From contig JAHLTZ010000033.1 of NCBI GenBank assembly GCA_025786725.1, forward strand, positions 62,001 through 126,000: 64,000 nt of DNA, read 5' to 3'. Below the pieces are notes generated by a model. The model did not search any database, was not told the DNA's origin, and saw only the letters and a program-made list of their open reading frames with translations. The stretch comes from Syncephalis fuscata S228 (taxonomy: Eukaryota > Fungi > Zoopagomycota). Made by a program: the position numbers and the translations under genes. Positions 1 to 12,135 of the stretch are shown here, one piece after another (within the stretch, counting starts at the first letter, position 1; each line of letters begins with the position of its first letter).

Positions 1-1033
1 ATACCGGGTTAAAGTCATATCAGAGCCACGTAAGTTAAACAGCCCTATATTATCGATGGATTAATACAAAACAGCAACCAAGCTAACTGCCATTCATTTA
101 ATTACTTACAGGCAATTTCATCGAGTGCCGATACAACAATACCGGACAAATTGTCTTTCTTTAATTCATCACGTAATTTATGAATCTTATCAGCCATGGT
201 TTGGCCTATTAATATTTATAATAAATTAGCTTTTAATTATATTCAATCTATTATTACTTGCCAGTATATTTGATGGGTAGAACAAAGGCTGGATGGTGTG
301 GTCGTTCTGGACGATCATCCCAAATAACATCAATCAAATTCTCGGTAATTGTAGCAAATTGTGCACCAACACTTTCCAATGAGTCTTGAAGGGACCGTGC
401 ATCGGCTGTAAATCACCATAATAATTACGATTAATACAGTGATTCATTTGTATTCATTACAACCTACGTGCTGTAATAAGTGTTGGATCCATGCCTACAC
501 GCGCACCTGAAGATGCCATCTAATGATTGAACGTGTTAGCTCAATAGTCATTTATCACTGTCTATTACCTTAAGCAAATACTCTTGCCAATTGGGCACAC
601 CTGGTAAGCCTTGCTTCATAAGAGTCCAGTTATCGTCAAGTTCCTGAGAAGCTTGCAAGAAATAGCGACCATCGGTGAATAGAGCTGCAGCATCTGTTGT
701 GACAACTGCACAGCCTATTTGGTAACAGTTGTTAGCAGATAATGCAGTTAAGTATCTATTACTTCGTTTTACCGGCTGAACCACTGAAGCCTGAGATATA
801 CTGACGACGCTTATCGCAAGCTGCGCTGTATTCACTCTATTGAAATGCATTAGCACGCTGTATTACTTGTTTATCTGCCTATGTTTCTTGGTTTGTCGAC
901 CCACCTGGTGTGCATCCTCGCTAGGAATGACGTAGGCAGTCAAGTTGTAGCGAGGGTCGGCCATCAAGGCACGTAGACGGCGCAGACGGTCCGTCGTGGG
1001 CACCCTCTTTATTTCGGCAGCGTCGACCGGCAT
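1..1033 (-). CDS. ampp: Xaa-Pro aminopeptidase P (M24B, XPNPEP1/Fra1-like), 5' part; multi-exon, runs off window start
   Basis: Spliced translation MPVDAAEIKRVPTTDRLRRLRALMADPRYNLTAYVIPSEDAHQ|SEYSAACDKRRQYISGFSGSAG|CAVVTTDAAALFTDGRYFLQASQELDDNWTLMKQGLPGVPNWQEYL matches the creatinase-N/APP motifs (PSEDAHQSEY, SGFSGSAG, TDGRY). Exon 1 is 1033-905, exon 2 starts at 836, introns are GT-AG. Confidence 0.92.
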
Positions 1034-1877
1034 GATAGCGTTGCTAGTAGTACTTGAAAGAGAAGAAGCGCTATGGAATGACCGACCTTGTTCAGCAGGA
1101 GGCTTATAAAACGATAGTTGACGAGTAGTTGACCTACTAGTCCCAAAGATACCCGAGATACAATAGGACGTTGACGCAGTCGGGGAAATAGACGCGTACC
1201 AGCAGTGGATTTATTGAAAGGCCAGAAAGGATACCGTGCCCAGAAACACATACAAATAAGCGTCGTAGTGTGCGCACGATAGATAAACAGACGCAAAAGA
1301 AAGAGAAAAAGCCTTGGGCAATCCTAAACTCACGCCTTTAGAATAGGCGATACAAGAACAATGAATGACAAATGGTATTGTGTATTCAGTTGCCATTATA
1401 ATTGAATTATTAAGTAAATATGATCATCATAAATACCATGATAATTAAACTATATAAATAACTAATTAATTAGCTAATTAGTTAATTCTATCAATATATT
1501 AATAACAGTCTATTCGTATCTATCTATTTTATTGTAAAATGTTAATTACAGGCTAAATATTTTATCTTATTTATGCAATAGCATCTGAATAAGTTTGTTG
1601 TTAGGTCGAAATTCACGCATCCAGATTAGTATTCCCCTTTAATATTCTATCGGGCGGAACTCTTTCCGGTTCTTCTTTTGTTTCTCCTTTCCTGCTTTCG
1701 CTCTTTCTCTAGTTTGGTCGGCCAAGCAAGATTAAACACACCACCTGCACTTTGCACGGCCATTCTCTTTGATTTGCCGCACGCTTGCTCATTCCTGCTA
1801 ACTACTGGTTCTAATAGGGACACCAGTTGAATCTACGCGAGTTTGTCGTCTTCTTTTCTTCAGTGATTGCACCTTCA

Positions 1878-2577
1878 ATGTTTGCCCTTCGTACTGTTGC
1901 CAACGCGTCTCGCGTCATGAGCGCTTCTGCTCGCGTCTCTTCGGCAGTTATGGTCGCCGGTAAGATGAATAGATCGAGAATAGTGCGACATTCAATAGCT
2001 GGATAAAATCTAGTATATGCTAGTCGGTATTTTTGCTTCATCAGTAAAAATGCTACAATTTATACAAATTGATAAAACCGTTTATTTTTGTATACATAAT
2101 AATTATACAAAGAATATTATAGCATACAATAATACGCTTTGAATGAATTGACCGCGTCTATAAGCTATAGATACGCGTTATATACTAATATTAATTAGAT
2201 TAACATACTAACCATCATATAATCAATTTTGTATGTCTATGTTTATTATAGCACGTCGTTCATACTCTGCTCATGCTGAAGAGTCGTATGAGGAGTTCAA
2301 CCGCCGTTATATTGCAACATTCGAATCGGTACCAGATCTTTTTGAATTGCAGCGTAATCTAAACAATTGCTTTGCCTATGATATGGTCCCGTCGGTGGAG
2401 ACAGTAACTGCTGCACTACATGCTTGCCGTCGTGTCAATGACTTTGGAACAGCTGTACGTGTGCTTGAGGCACTTAAGGAGAAGGTCAACGAGCAGCAGT
2501 ACAAAGACTACCTTTCGGCATTGGAACCAACCAAAGAACAATTGGGTGTGCCAACCAAGGAAGAGCTTGGCTTTTAA
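1878..2577 (+). CDS. COX6: Cytochrome c oxidase subunit 5A (yeast Cox6), 2 exons (1878-1959, 2252-2577)
   Basis: Arg/Ala-rich presequence MFALRTVANASRV... spliced in frame to ARRSYSAHAEESYEEF...DLFELQRNLNNCFAYDMVPS...ACRRVNDFGTAVRVLEALKEKV, the COX5A signature. Confidence 0.95.
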
Positions 2578-3257
2578 ATAATCTACAACAACAACTAGTA
2601 TATATACATATACATATGGACTAGTTGATGAATCGCTTATTTGTTTGCATGAAAGCCGCGTTTGTTAAATAGAACACGGTCGATGATAACACAAATGATA
2701 AATACAGTTGATGTTTGTCTCTATATTACAGTCATAAGAAACAAAATAGTGGTCTATTAAGTATGAGTTGTTTATTCATTCAATTACAGAATACATGTTA
2801 TAGAGTGTATTAGAATAGACTTAATGAAACTAGACATTATATAACGCAATAAGCACATTTTATTTATTAATTCGCATAAATGACCAATATTGCTCTACTG
2901 CAAACATTGGTATAATGTGAACAGTTGAATGGATAAGAAATAAACATATTATTCATATAGCTCATACAATGACGTCAATAGTTATTTTTGGTGTAGCGCA
3001 CAAGCCATAGGCGACAATAATCCACCTGCATCATGCGTAGGGAGGGGGAGGATAACATCATTGCCACTTAAAGCGACATGAATAATAAAAGTACTGTTGG
3101 ATAACAATAAACTGAGACAAAGAATTAATAACGCACGAATAAAACGGAAGTGTTGTTGTTGCTGTAACTCAGCCGGATTACATCGGCATAATAAAGATGA
3201 AAAGGTACTTATGCAAACCGGAATAGGTCGGGACTGGTGGTAAGTGACAAAATGAGT

Positions 3258-4157
3258 TTAGGCATTGGCTGTGGTGCCACTGCTGCGCTTCAACCAGCCA
3301 TTGAATAGATTAATGGAGCTGTTCTTAGCAGCATCAGCATAGCCAAATGCAGTTGAAGCATAGCCACTGGCCACGTTACCGGCGCTGGATGCAGAGTTGT
3401 AGACAAGCGAGCGTGCTTGTTCCTGAGCATTGACAGCGGATTCGTACGTTGAGGCGGCCGTGCTACGAGCAGTAGAGACCACGCTGGTAGCTGTACCATA
3501 AGTATAGGTAACAGTGCCCTCAAGCGTGTTGTATACCTTCTCTGGCAAGTAGGCCTGAGCGGTAGAACGTGTCGTCTCGGCAATACCGGTGGCCGTATTC
3601 CAAGTGTAGACATAGGCACCGCTGGCTGTTTGCTTGGTATAGTCGACTGTCTCGCCAACCTTTGTGGTGGCAAAATTGCGCGTTGCTTGTACCTTCGTAC
3701 TAGCGAAGTCACGGGTCGCACTGGCCTTGCTAGTGACGAGGTCACGGGTCGCGGCAGCATGACCACCAACCAACGAACGGGTCTGCTGGACACGTTCGAG
3801 TGTTTGGTCGCGTACGGAAGCGGCAGTGTTGACGGCCAACTCAGCATATTGAACAACAGGTGTTGGTGCTACGTCGCGAGCATACTGTACGGTCTTCTTT
3901 GCTTGGTCGGAAGCGAGATCACGAGCATATTGAGCTTGCTTTGTCGCTTGCTCCTTCGCTTGAGAGACTGTCTCGTTAACGCGAGTAGCCGTTTGGTCGG
4001 CAACCTGAGCAACTGTCTGGTAGACTGTACCGGCTGCCTGATAGGCTTTCGAGTAGAGTGAGGTAGACTCCTCGGCCGATTCAGTATGGTTTGTTTGCTC
4101 GGCAGTAGGTGTGGTGGTGGTGGTAGCAGCAGCAGTGGTCGTTGTTGTGTTGGCCAT
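3258..4157 (-). CDS. 299-aa Ala/Thr-rich protein with 11-mer amphipathic repeats (perilipin/LEA3-like)
   Basis: Single intact ORF with tandem 11-mers ATRDLVTSKAS/ATRDFASTKVQ/ATRNFATTKVG/ETVDYTKQTAS; no signal peptide. Confidence 0.7.
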   Translation of the reverse strand: MANTTTTTAAATTTTTPTAEQTNHTESAEESTSLYSKAYQAAGTVYQTVAQVADQTATRVNETVSQAKEQATKQAQYARDLASDQAKKTVQYARDVAPTPVVQYAELAVNTAASVRDQTLERVQQTRSLVGGHAAATRDLVTSKASATRDFASTKVQATRNFATTKVGETVDYTKQTASGAYVYTWNTATGIAETTRSTAQAYLPEKVYNTLEGTVTYTYGTATSVVSTARSTAASTYESAVNAQEQARSLVYNSASSAGNVASGYASTAFGYADAAKNSSINLFNGWLKRSSGTTANA

Positions 4158-5591
4158 TGTGTTGTAGTTGTAGATGCTGTTGATGTTAACTAGTGTATCT
4201 GTCGTTGTAGATCAATTGAACGTAGACGTGCAAACAATATTGTCACGAGTAACAAGTAGTATCAGTGAGAGGGTAAAAGTAAAAGATAAAGCTACGTAGA
4301 CCGAATAAAGAGTAGGCCCCTTTTATTTATGTCAATACTTGACATAAGACATGGAAGGGAACAAGCATTTTGGAGCACATGTCAATGCAATGACATCCAG
4401 TACTTTTGGCAATGATCGGCGCTCATTTGGCGATGGTCCGCTTGTTTCAATCCATGATAACGTGATGGCGGTGATAGGAATACAGCAATAGCCGCCTAAT
4501 ATTGATAAGCTAAGACTGACGAGATTTCTCATTTCACGTGCTAATAACAACACCGCCATTGGCATTGGGACAACCTTTTTCTTTCACATGTCAGTTTCAA
4601 TTGACTTTTCTTCAGTTTTTAATACTTGTTACGTCGAATAATACAGTACTAGTGGCACGTGTAGTGCTTTATAACACATGTAAACAATCAACAGATTACA
4701 AATAGCTGCTGCATTGGTCGTGCTAGGCACTGTACAATTGCACATGACAATAAATACATTGCACTCACGATACACGAACGTGGAGATTGGTACGCAGTGT
4801 TTAGTGAAATAGAAAAGCTATCAGTTCTGCGGAGTTGTAGTTTATTATCATATGAAAATGGCGTAAATGGCCTAGCTGAATAGTTTCGGCACTATGGTTG
4901 GTTGAAACACGATGCCAAGACTGTTACCGATGATGAATATCGGAAAATTATTGAATAAAATAAAAAGAGGCATGAATGAGGCGATATTTTATCCGTCGGT
5001 ATCTGAGCAGTACTATTTTTATCGCATAAATAACCCTAAACTATTTGCCAAGCAACAGTATTTAATTGAGCAATAGTTGCAAAATAGATACCAGATTAGT
5101 GAATAGGCTTTTATACAAATAGTAGTCCCTTTATACGACCAATGGATTGAAATGCATATTATATTAAACATAGATTTTATTAACAGGAATAACAGTACCA
5201 CTAATAGCAATAGTGACAATGGTAACAACAATGAGGTCAAATGACTAATAATGTATTATTAAAAGCTAAGACTTTATGGTTAGTAACTATGATGTATTAA
5301 ACTCTTATAAACTGGCAATCTCAAATGGCAAATCACAGTTATTGTACTGTTCTAATTCTTTCTCACTCATTCGCTCATTTACTACTCGCTTATTGTGAGA
5401 CCAAAGGAATAACTGCAGCGCATTAACACACGCTGGTCCACGCACGCTATTTCTCCTTCTTTATTGTCGCCTTCGACGCCTTGAACAACGATCTTATCAC
5501 TTGCTACTGACATAGCAATAGGAACTGTGCATACATCGTCTTTAGTTCCGTACATCTATCCACTTCTATTGAATACAATAAACACTTCATC

Positions 5592-6457
5592 ATGTCTGTG
5601 ATTCTTACTAGCTCCGATAACGAACAGTTCACGGTTGATAAGCCCGTGGCTGAACGTTCAGTCCTCATCAAGAATATGCTTGAGGATATTGGCGAGTCGG
5701 AACATCCAATTCCAATTCCTAATGTTACCGGCAAGGTATTGAAAAAGGTAAGCACGTAAATAGATTGGTTCAACGCTACATATTATTACAGCTGTGCTAT
5801 TGCAATCTATTGCGTCAATAGCTGAAACAAATTACGCATAATCTACGCCTTTGTGTATCACAATGACAGTATAACATAGTATGGCGTGACAGCTATTCAA
5901 CGACGATTGACTTGATATGGTATTCGTTGCTAACTACCACCCTTATTTAACGACATGACTATTCAATAGGTGATTGAATACTGTGAACAGCACAAAAACG
6001 ATCCACTACCAGAAGCCGATGAAAACCAAGACGAATATACACGTGTCCGTACTTCGGAAGATATCAGCGACTGGGACAAGAAGTACATGGACGTTGAACA
6101 GGACACTATTTTCGATGTTATTCTAGTAAGTATAGCTACTTGGTTGAGCAGTAACTGGCCATTGGATACGGTCTGTAATTTGTTTATTAATTGTCCCTTT
6201 GTTGTTAGGCGGCCAATTACTTGGATATCCGTCCACTATTGTAAGTTATTGTTGCTTTTTAGTAATTAAGTCATGTTGATATAATATTATGTTATTAATA
6301 ATGGCACAACAGGGATCTTGGCTGTAAGACCATTGCCAATATGATTAAGGGTAAAACGACGGAACAAATCCGTGAACTCTTTGGCATTGTCAACGATTTC
6401 TCTGCCGAGGAAGAGGAACAAATCCGCAAGGAATGCGAATGGGCCGAAGAACGCTAA
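5592..6457 (+). CDS. SKP1: SCF subunit Skp1, 4 exons (5592-5747, 5970-6125, 6209-6240, 6313-6457)
   Basis: [13 protein letters not shown]...[14 protein letters not shown]|VIEYCEQH...ISDWDKKYM...DVIL|[11 protein letters not shown]|[29 protein letters not shown]...EWAEER*. Confidence 0.97.
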
Positions 6458-7019
6458 TTTCATTATTTTGTAAAGACCGACGTCATTCGGATTATTGTGT
6501 GAATGTGTGATGTGTGCACTAGTGTTTATTTTGCATAACTGCAGAAATGAAACCATGATTATTCCAAAATGCTTACCATGACTATGTTTATTGTTATTAC
6601 TCAATGTTACTATTACTAATGTTGCTGTCATCAATGTTGCTATTATTATAAACAATGATATAACTAGCTATAATAGCTAAATCAGATTGTAAATGGTCTA
6701 AATTGCATTATAAATGAAATCAAACAATTAAATATTACCAACGATATACAATTTAAAACGATTTTATTCACTAGCACTTTTAGTTATAGAATGATAGATT
6801 ATTGGGTAATACCACACCATTATAAATACTTTGCACATAATATTAGATTAATAAATTATTGTAGTAATGTAATTACTTGTCGATGACTTATTACATTAAA
6901 TATTGCATGGAAACATGTGTTGTTACCATTTTAGAACACTTTTTCATTGCTATTCAATAAACTTTATTGGTAGATTAATTGATAAATATATAATCCATTA
7001 TAGTGACGATGTACAAGCA

Positions 7020-8624
7020 TTAAGCATATTGAATACCCAATATACTATCCAGAAACTCATCTAAAGCAGCTTGTTCTTGTGCTTCTTCTTTGTCTTGTAG
7101 GTTGGCAAATCGCTTGGAAGTCTGCTGATTAAGCTCCTTCTCAAGACGTGTATTCGATAATATAACCGAGTTTAATCGCTCGATATTTAGTGGTGCCTCA
7201 ACTAGAATATGTGGCGATAGCTGTGCAACAAACGATAAATCTCGTGGACGGATTGTAGTAGACGCACTAGGATTACGTCGAACAAGCGGTCGCTTCTCTC
7301 CTATAGCGATAGCCTTGTCCGATATATCTGTTGGTGCAAATGCGTTTATACCACTGGCATCGTCATTTCCTTCTTCATCTACACCGTTCAACGTATCCAC
7401 TACCGGAAGCGGGCCTGATGATGGCACTGAGCTAATAGCTGGTGGTACAGACGTTGATGTCAGTGATGTTTCAAGGATGCCTTCACAACTGTGGCCGTAT
7501 TCTCTGTACGAATGCCAAATAGTCGATTGGCACGCAACTTTGTAATACACTGCTCAATAATGGTTTTCATATGCACCTAGTAAATAATTAAGCATAATTA
7601 ATAAACAAATATATTTAATGCAATTGCTACTTACTTCAAGAGCTGAGAACATCAATCGTACTGCATCCTGTTGAATGCCATGAATACCATATTCCATGGC
7701 GACAGCATGCATACGGCCAAGAAGTGCATCACCACTGGGAATTCCTTTGGCGTCACTGCTAAGTGGTGCTTGCAGTGCACGCATATACTCGGTAGCAAAT
7801 GACGGCAATGACTCCGGATCTATTTAAATAAGCTTATTTGCCATGCTATATTGGCATGCTACTTACTTTGTGCCAGCTTTACGAGTGGTGGCGGGAATGA
7901 TACCCTCGAAGTCGCCGCCGATATAGCCGCGGGCTCTGACGAGGGGTGCGATTCCTGTAAGCGGACTAGTGTTAGTAATAATAAGCAATGATAACGCAGT
8001 AAAATAATGCTCATTCAACAATACTAAGCAAATAAATAAACAAATATTTGTATCTATCCTTATCACTGATTCATCTAACATCATTTTCACCAATAACTAA
8101 AAGATACCTTCTTTAGCAGATTTTTTATACGCTCTCGCTCTGTTTTAGACAAAGCACGGACGGCCTGTTTTAATGCTCGGTGCTTAGCATCGGCTGCCGA
8201 TTCCTTTTTCTTCGCTGGTTGTTCACCATTAGCGTCAAAAGTGGCGGCCGTGCCGTCGTCCCCTTTAACGGCCGTTTTTTCCGCGTCAGTCTCATCAAAT
8301 TTACGCTTTAATCCTTTACCACCATCATTGGGTGGCGTCTCCAAAAGAGCGTTAAATAAAGTAGACAGTAGAAACTCATTGTGTAAATACACTATAACAT
8401 CGCAGTATTAGCCATTTGTTTAAATATACAATGGATAGACTGCTTTGCTACTTTACCTTGGTCTTTGGGCAAATAAAGCGTTGCCCAGTGGTCAAATTCT
8501 TCACGATTCAAGCGACCAGTTAGAAATTCCTTTAAAGCAGACCAATAGTGTGCAGCATTAGATCCTAGACCTGATTCAGCTTTTCTTTAAAGGCCAATGT
8601 GTCACGTCTTCCATCGGGCGCCAT
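7020..8624 (-). CDS. ADA1: SAGA complex subunit Ada1/Hfi1 (TADA1), multi-exon, with two apparent single-base frameshifts (~8578, ~7480)
   Basis: N-terminal LGSNAAHYWSALKEFLTGRLNREEFD...LHNEFLLSTLFNA; central LLGRMHAVAMEYGIHGIQQDAVRLMFSALEVHMKTII; C-terminal IRPRDLSFVAQLSPHILVE. These resemble Ada1 conserved blocks. Confidence 0.8.
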
Positions 8625-9060
8625 GATGGCCCGTCAGTGCAATGCTATTGGACTGCGAGCGTTGGAGGCAATAGAATTGAGTTGATAGAATAGATAAATG
8701 AAATGGAAAGGTGTGAACACGAAGGTTTACTGAGACATAATTATGATGTTCTATTTTGATATGACCGTTATTAAATTTTGACTCGATTTGAATTACATAC
8801 TCGACTCAGTTCTCTTTTAGTTCTAATTTTGTGTGAATATCAGGGATGCAACTATAGTTAGAACTTGTTTTATACATGAAGATGCAGTTGTAAGACTATC
8901 GTCAACACTTTCGCTTTCTGCCAAACGTCCACTACTATATATTTTACACTATTACACTCTATTGTCTATTGTACCTTGGTCTAAATACGCACTGTTATAT
9001 ATGTTATACTACATACTCTGTGTCTGTTCATATTTATATTATTTTATTGAAATAAACAAA

Positions 9061-9306
9061 TAGAAATTTTCTATTGCCATTGTCTGTACCATTTTTATGG
9101 CTTGTGTAGTCAATACAGCCATAGTAAATGTTAAACTAATTTGAATTCGCCGTGGTGATACATTATTGATTAAAGAACTTTTTAAAAATTTCAAAATCCT
9201 CAACATCCTTAGTTTAAAATCCAAAGAAGTAATTGAAAGGGAGCTCAATGCTAATTCTGCTCCAGATTCTCAAATGTTTGCTTCAAATCCTTTTATTTTT
9301 AATTAA
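9061..9306 (+). pseudogene. Possible decayed small secreted-protein gene
   Basis: Frame reads (TAG)KFSIAIVCTIFMACVVNTAIVNVKLI*IRRG..., a signal-peptide-like start with TAG where ATG would be and an internal stop. Confidence 0.25.
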
Positions 9307-10087
9307 ACTAAAATAGTCCTTTTAAGCAGCCGATATTTTAAACTATTGGCATTGGTAGTGTAATTGGACTACTGGTTTAACATAATTTAGGTATATATTT
9401 GGCAAATTGCGAGAACATTTAATAGCTGCCATTTTGCTTATTTATATATTAGTTTTTGCCAATACTTTGGCTTATTTACCTTTTAATCAATGACACAATT
9501 ATATTACTAGCAACAGTGCAATAGTTGTAGTATTCAACTATGCAAACTTATAGTAATAAATCATGGTTTCATTTTGAAAAAAGATCAGATATTTATTTTT
9601 GTTCATTATACATAATTAAATAAATACATTTTGACAATTTAAATATGCTTACATTAATATTAGCATTTGAATCGAATAGCCAAGTATATATCACTGACAT
9701 TATTATTTATTTGTGACATTTATTTATAAATGATAATCCATTGCTATTCTGCATTTATTTTGTTCATTAAAAGCAATAAACTAAATACAATGCTGTTGAG
9801 TTTATGACATTTTAAACTTGTCTAAACTAATCACTTATAATGCGCTAAAGTCATTAGACAAACAAATAATCAATTTGCGCTAATAGTGCCAACATCAACA
9901 GCAATTTTTTTCAAAATAGATTATGCTATTTGATTGTATCGACATTAACAATGACAACTTTTAAATATAAACTGCTTAGTCTGATCTAAATTCACGAGTA
10001 AATTAGTAAACTAAAGACGATGGATTGTAATAAAATAACTTTTATTAATTAAAACTCTTGATGCTGGTCTAGTTCTAATATTATCCA

Positions 10088-10602
10088 CTATTCTATTTCA
10101 ATTGTAGGTCGTTGCTTGTTTAGCATTTTGGGAGGTCTTTGGCAGTCTAACATTGCGACCAAAGTTTTGTGTCCAGTAAGTTCGACCGTGCTGCCTAAAG
10201 CCATGCCACTGCCGAAATGCGTAGCATCGCTTAGTAGATTATTGGTAGAATTAGATGAGTTGACCCAGTCGTCCATGACCTGCTCCATTGATGTCTGCCG
10301 CCTGCAATATTTTCGCTTACACTATCCCATTCACCGCCACCGGCGGAACAGCGCTGCATTAAACCAGGCTCACCGGGAAATGAATGACCAATTTGCTTAT
10401 TGTGGGCTTGAATTTTACTATGACCTTGTGCAGCTTTGTTTAGGCCGACATAAAGTGCCAATGGTGAAAGATTATATTTGGCGCGAACTTTGTTGACTAG
10501 GCAAAGCATCTTTGTTGGATCAAAGCTAACCGGACCGGCGCTTACTTCGATCGCGCTAGCGACGAACGCAGTAATCATAACAAGAGTAGTGAGCAATTGC
10601 AT
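10088..10602 (-). pseudogene. CAP/SCP secreted protein, frameshifted copy of 56582-57097 (pseudogene or assembly indels)
   Basis: Same protein as copy 2 up to ENIAGG, then single-base deletions (e.g. GTCTGCCGCC vs GTCTGCCCGCC) split it into two ORFs. Confidence 0.8.
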
Positions 10603-10999
10603 AATGAGAATGTTCGTGGGGTGCAAGTTGTGTGTAACAATTCGTGCGTTTAGTTGATGATCGACTAACTGCAATCAATGAAGTAAGGTACTGGAATAAT
10701 TTGTTGCAGAAGCTGTTCCTTTGAATGCTGGATCAACCATCGACCATACAGATCGCCGATATTTATATTCAGTATCATATTGACAGATGCTAAGATGTGT
10801 TTCATAAGCATAACCATGGCCAAGGGTGTTTTTTAGGTCTTGAATGATGGAATAAACAACATCCCCAAGCACACCATGCTAAAACATACCTGTCCTTAAT
10901 GGCTCTTACTTTGATGTTTCATGTAGTCAACCAACTATCCCATTTTATCAAAATCGCACCTTCTATACATCATGTCGCTACAATTTGCAACTATACTTG

Positions 11000-11963
11000 T
11001 ATGCTATAAATTGTTTTTATTCTTAGAAATAGTGATTTTGTTAACAAATATACCAGCACACCGATTAATGTGCTATATTGCAGAACTGATTTTACTGATT
11101 ATAGCACACTGCATGTTCCATATTCTTGCACGATACAAGTTTGTGCTTGCTTTATTGCATCAAAGTTTTGACCCAACCTTTGCGGTACTAGTTTGAATTT
11201 CATGCATTGCTGTATTACCAATTATAATCTGTGATTTCATTGCACCAGTGATAAGGCCAAGACCCGTGCAAACATTCCGATTGTTTGGTACAATATTGCT
11301 ATAACTTGATGATATTGTTTAATGACAGTCGTACTTATTATGTATATATCGGTTCAAGGCGTTGTAGTAGACCAGCAGGCAAATGATTGGATAATAAACC
11401 AATGCTGCTATAAATACGAACGCTTCACATGCAATGCAAACACAATGCTGCTACAACTACAGCGAATCCAATTGTTATAACATGCCAAACTTGAACATCA
11501 AATTGACAAAACGTGCTAATGTTTCGATTTTGTCTACAATTTGCCTGCTGATAAACCATATTGCATAATTTATCGTATTGTAGGCATAAACCACGGCTAT
11601 ACAAGTAGTAGAAAGAAATGATTAATTGATACTTGTGCTGGAGAACTAACAAAAAACCTTACTTGCATTACCGGAATAATAAAAAAATAATCTTAAACAT
11701 ATCATCGATAGTGCCGCCAAAAACTTCAATCGATACGCTTCTGTCATAAAGTATCTATATTTAATAGCTGCACTGTCAATATTATATTTACACATTGTGC
11801 TCATCGTTAATATCAAACAGCTTTTGACAGTTGGCAATCAAATCGGCAATACTCAACTACAAACAGAAATGCCAGCAGCACATTCAACTGTAGATCCCCA
11901 TTCCAAATAATAGCTACACTGGTAATGTTAATGTTTTGGCACAATGTGTAATAGTCATGAGCA
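11000..11963 (-). pseudogene. Decayed multi-pass membrane-protein gene inside the duplication (second copy ~57500-58470)
   Basis: Hydrophobic fragments in shifting frames (RLKFLAALSMICLRLFF; FCQFDVQVWHVITIGFAVV; CEAFVFIAALVYYPIICLLVYY) with stops and intron-like GTAAG...TAG segments. Confidence 0.3.
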
Positions 11964-12135
11964 TTGTAAAATGACAGTATCGGTTATTGTTACTACAGAT
12001 GGACATTAAAAATTTAGTATTTAATATTTCTAATAACTATGTCATCCTAATTTAATATTTGTTATTCTAATGGCTATGGCAAACTCGAAATGTGCCATTT
12101 GTGTTTTTAATACCTATTACCATCATAAAATGTAA

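Noticed and set aside
1226-1234. GTATCCTTT on the minus strand as a second U12 donor
   Set aside because: No U12-like branch site before any downstream AG; better explained as coding (RYPF) in the putative presequence.
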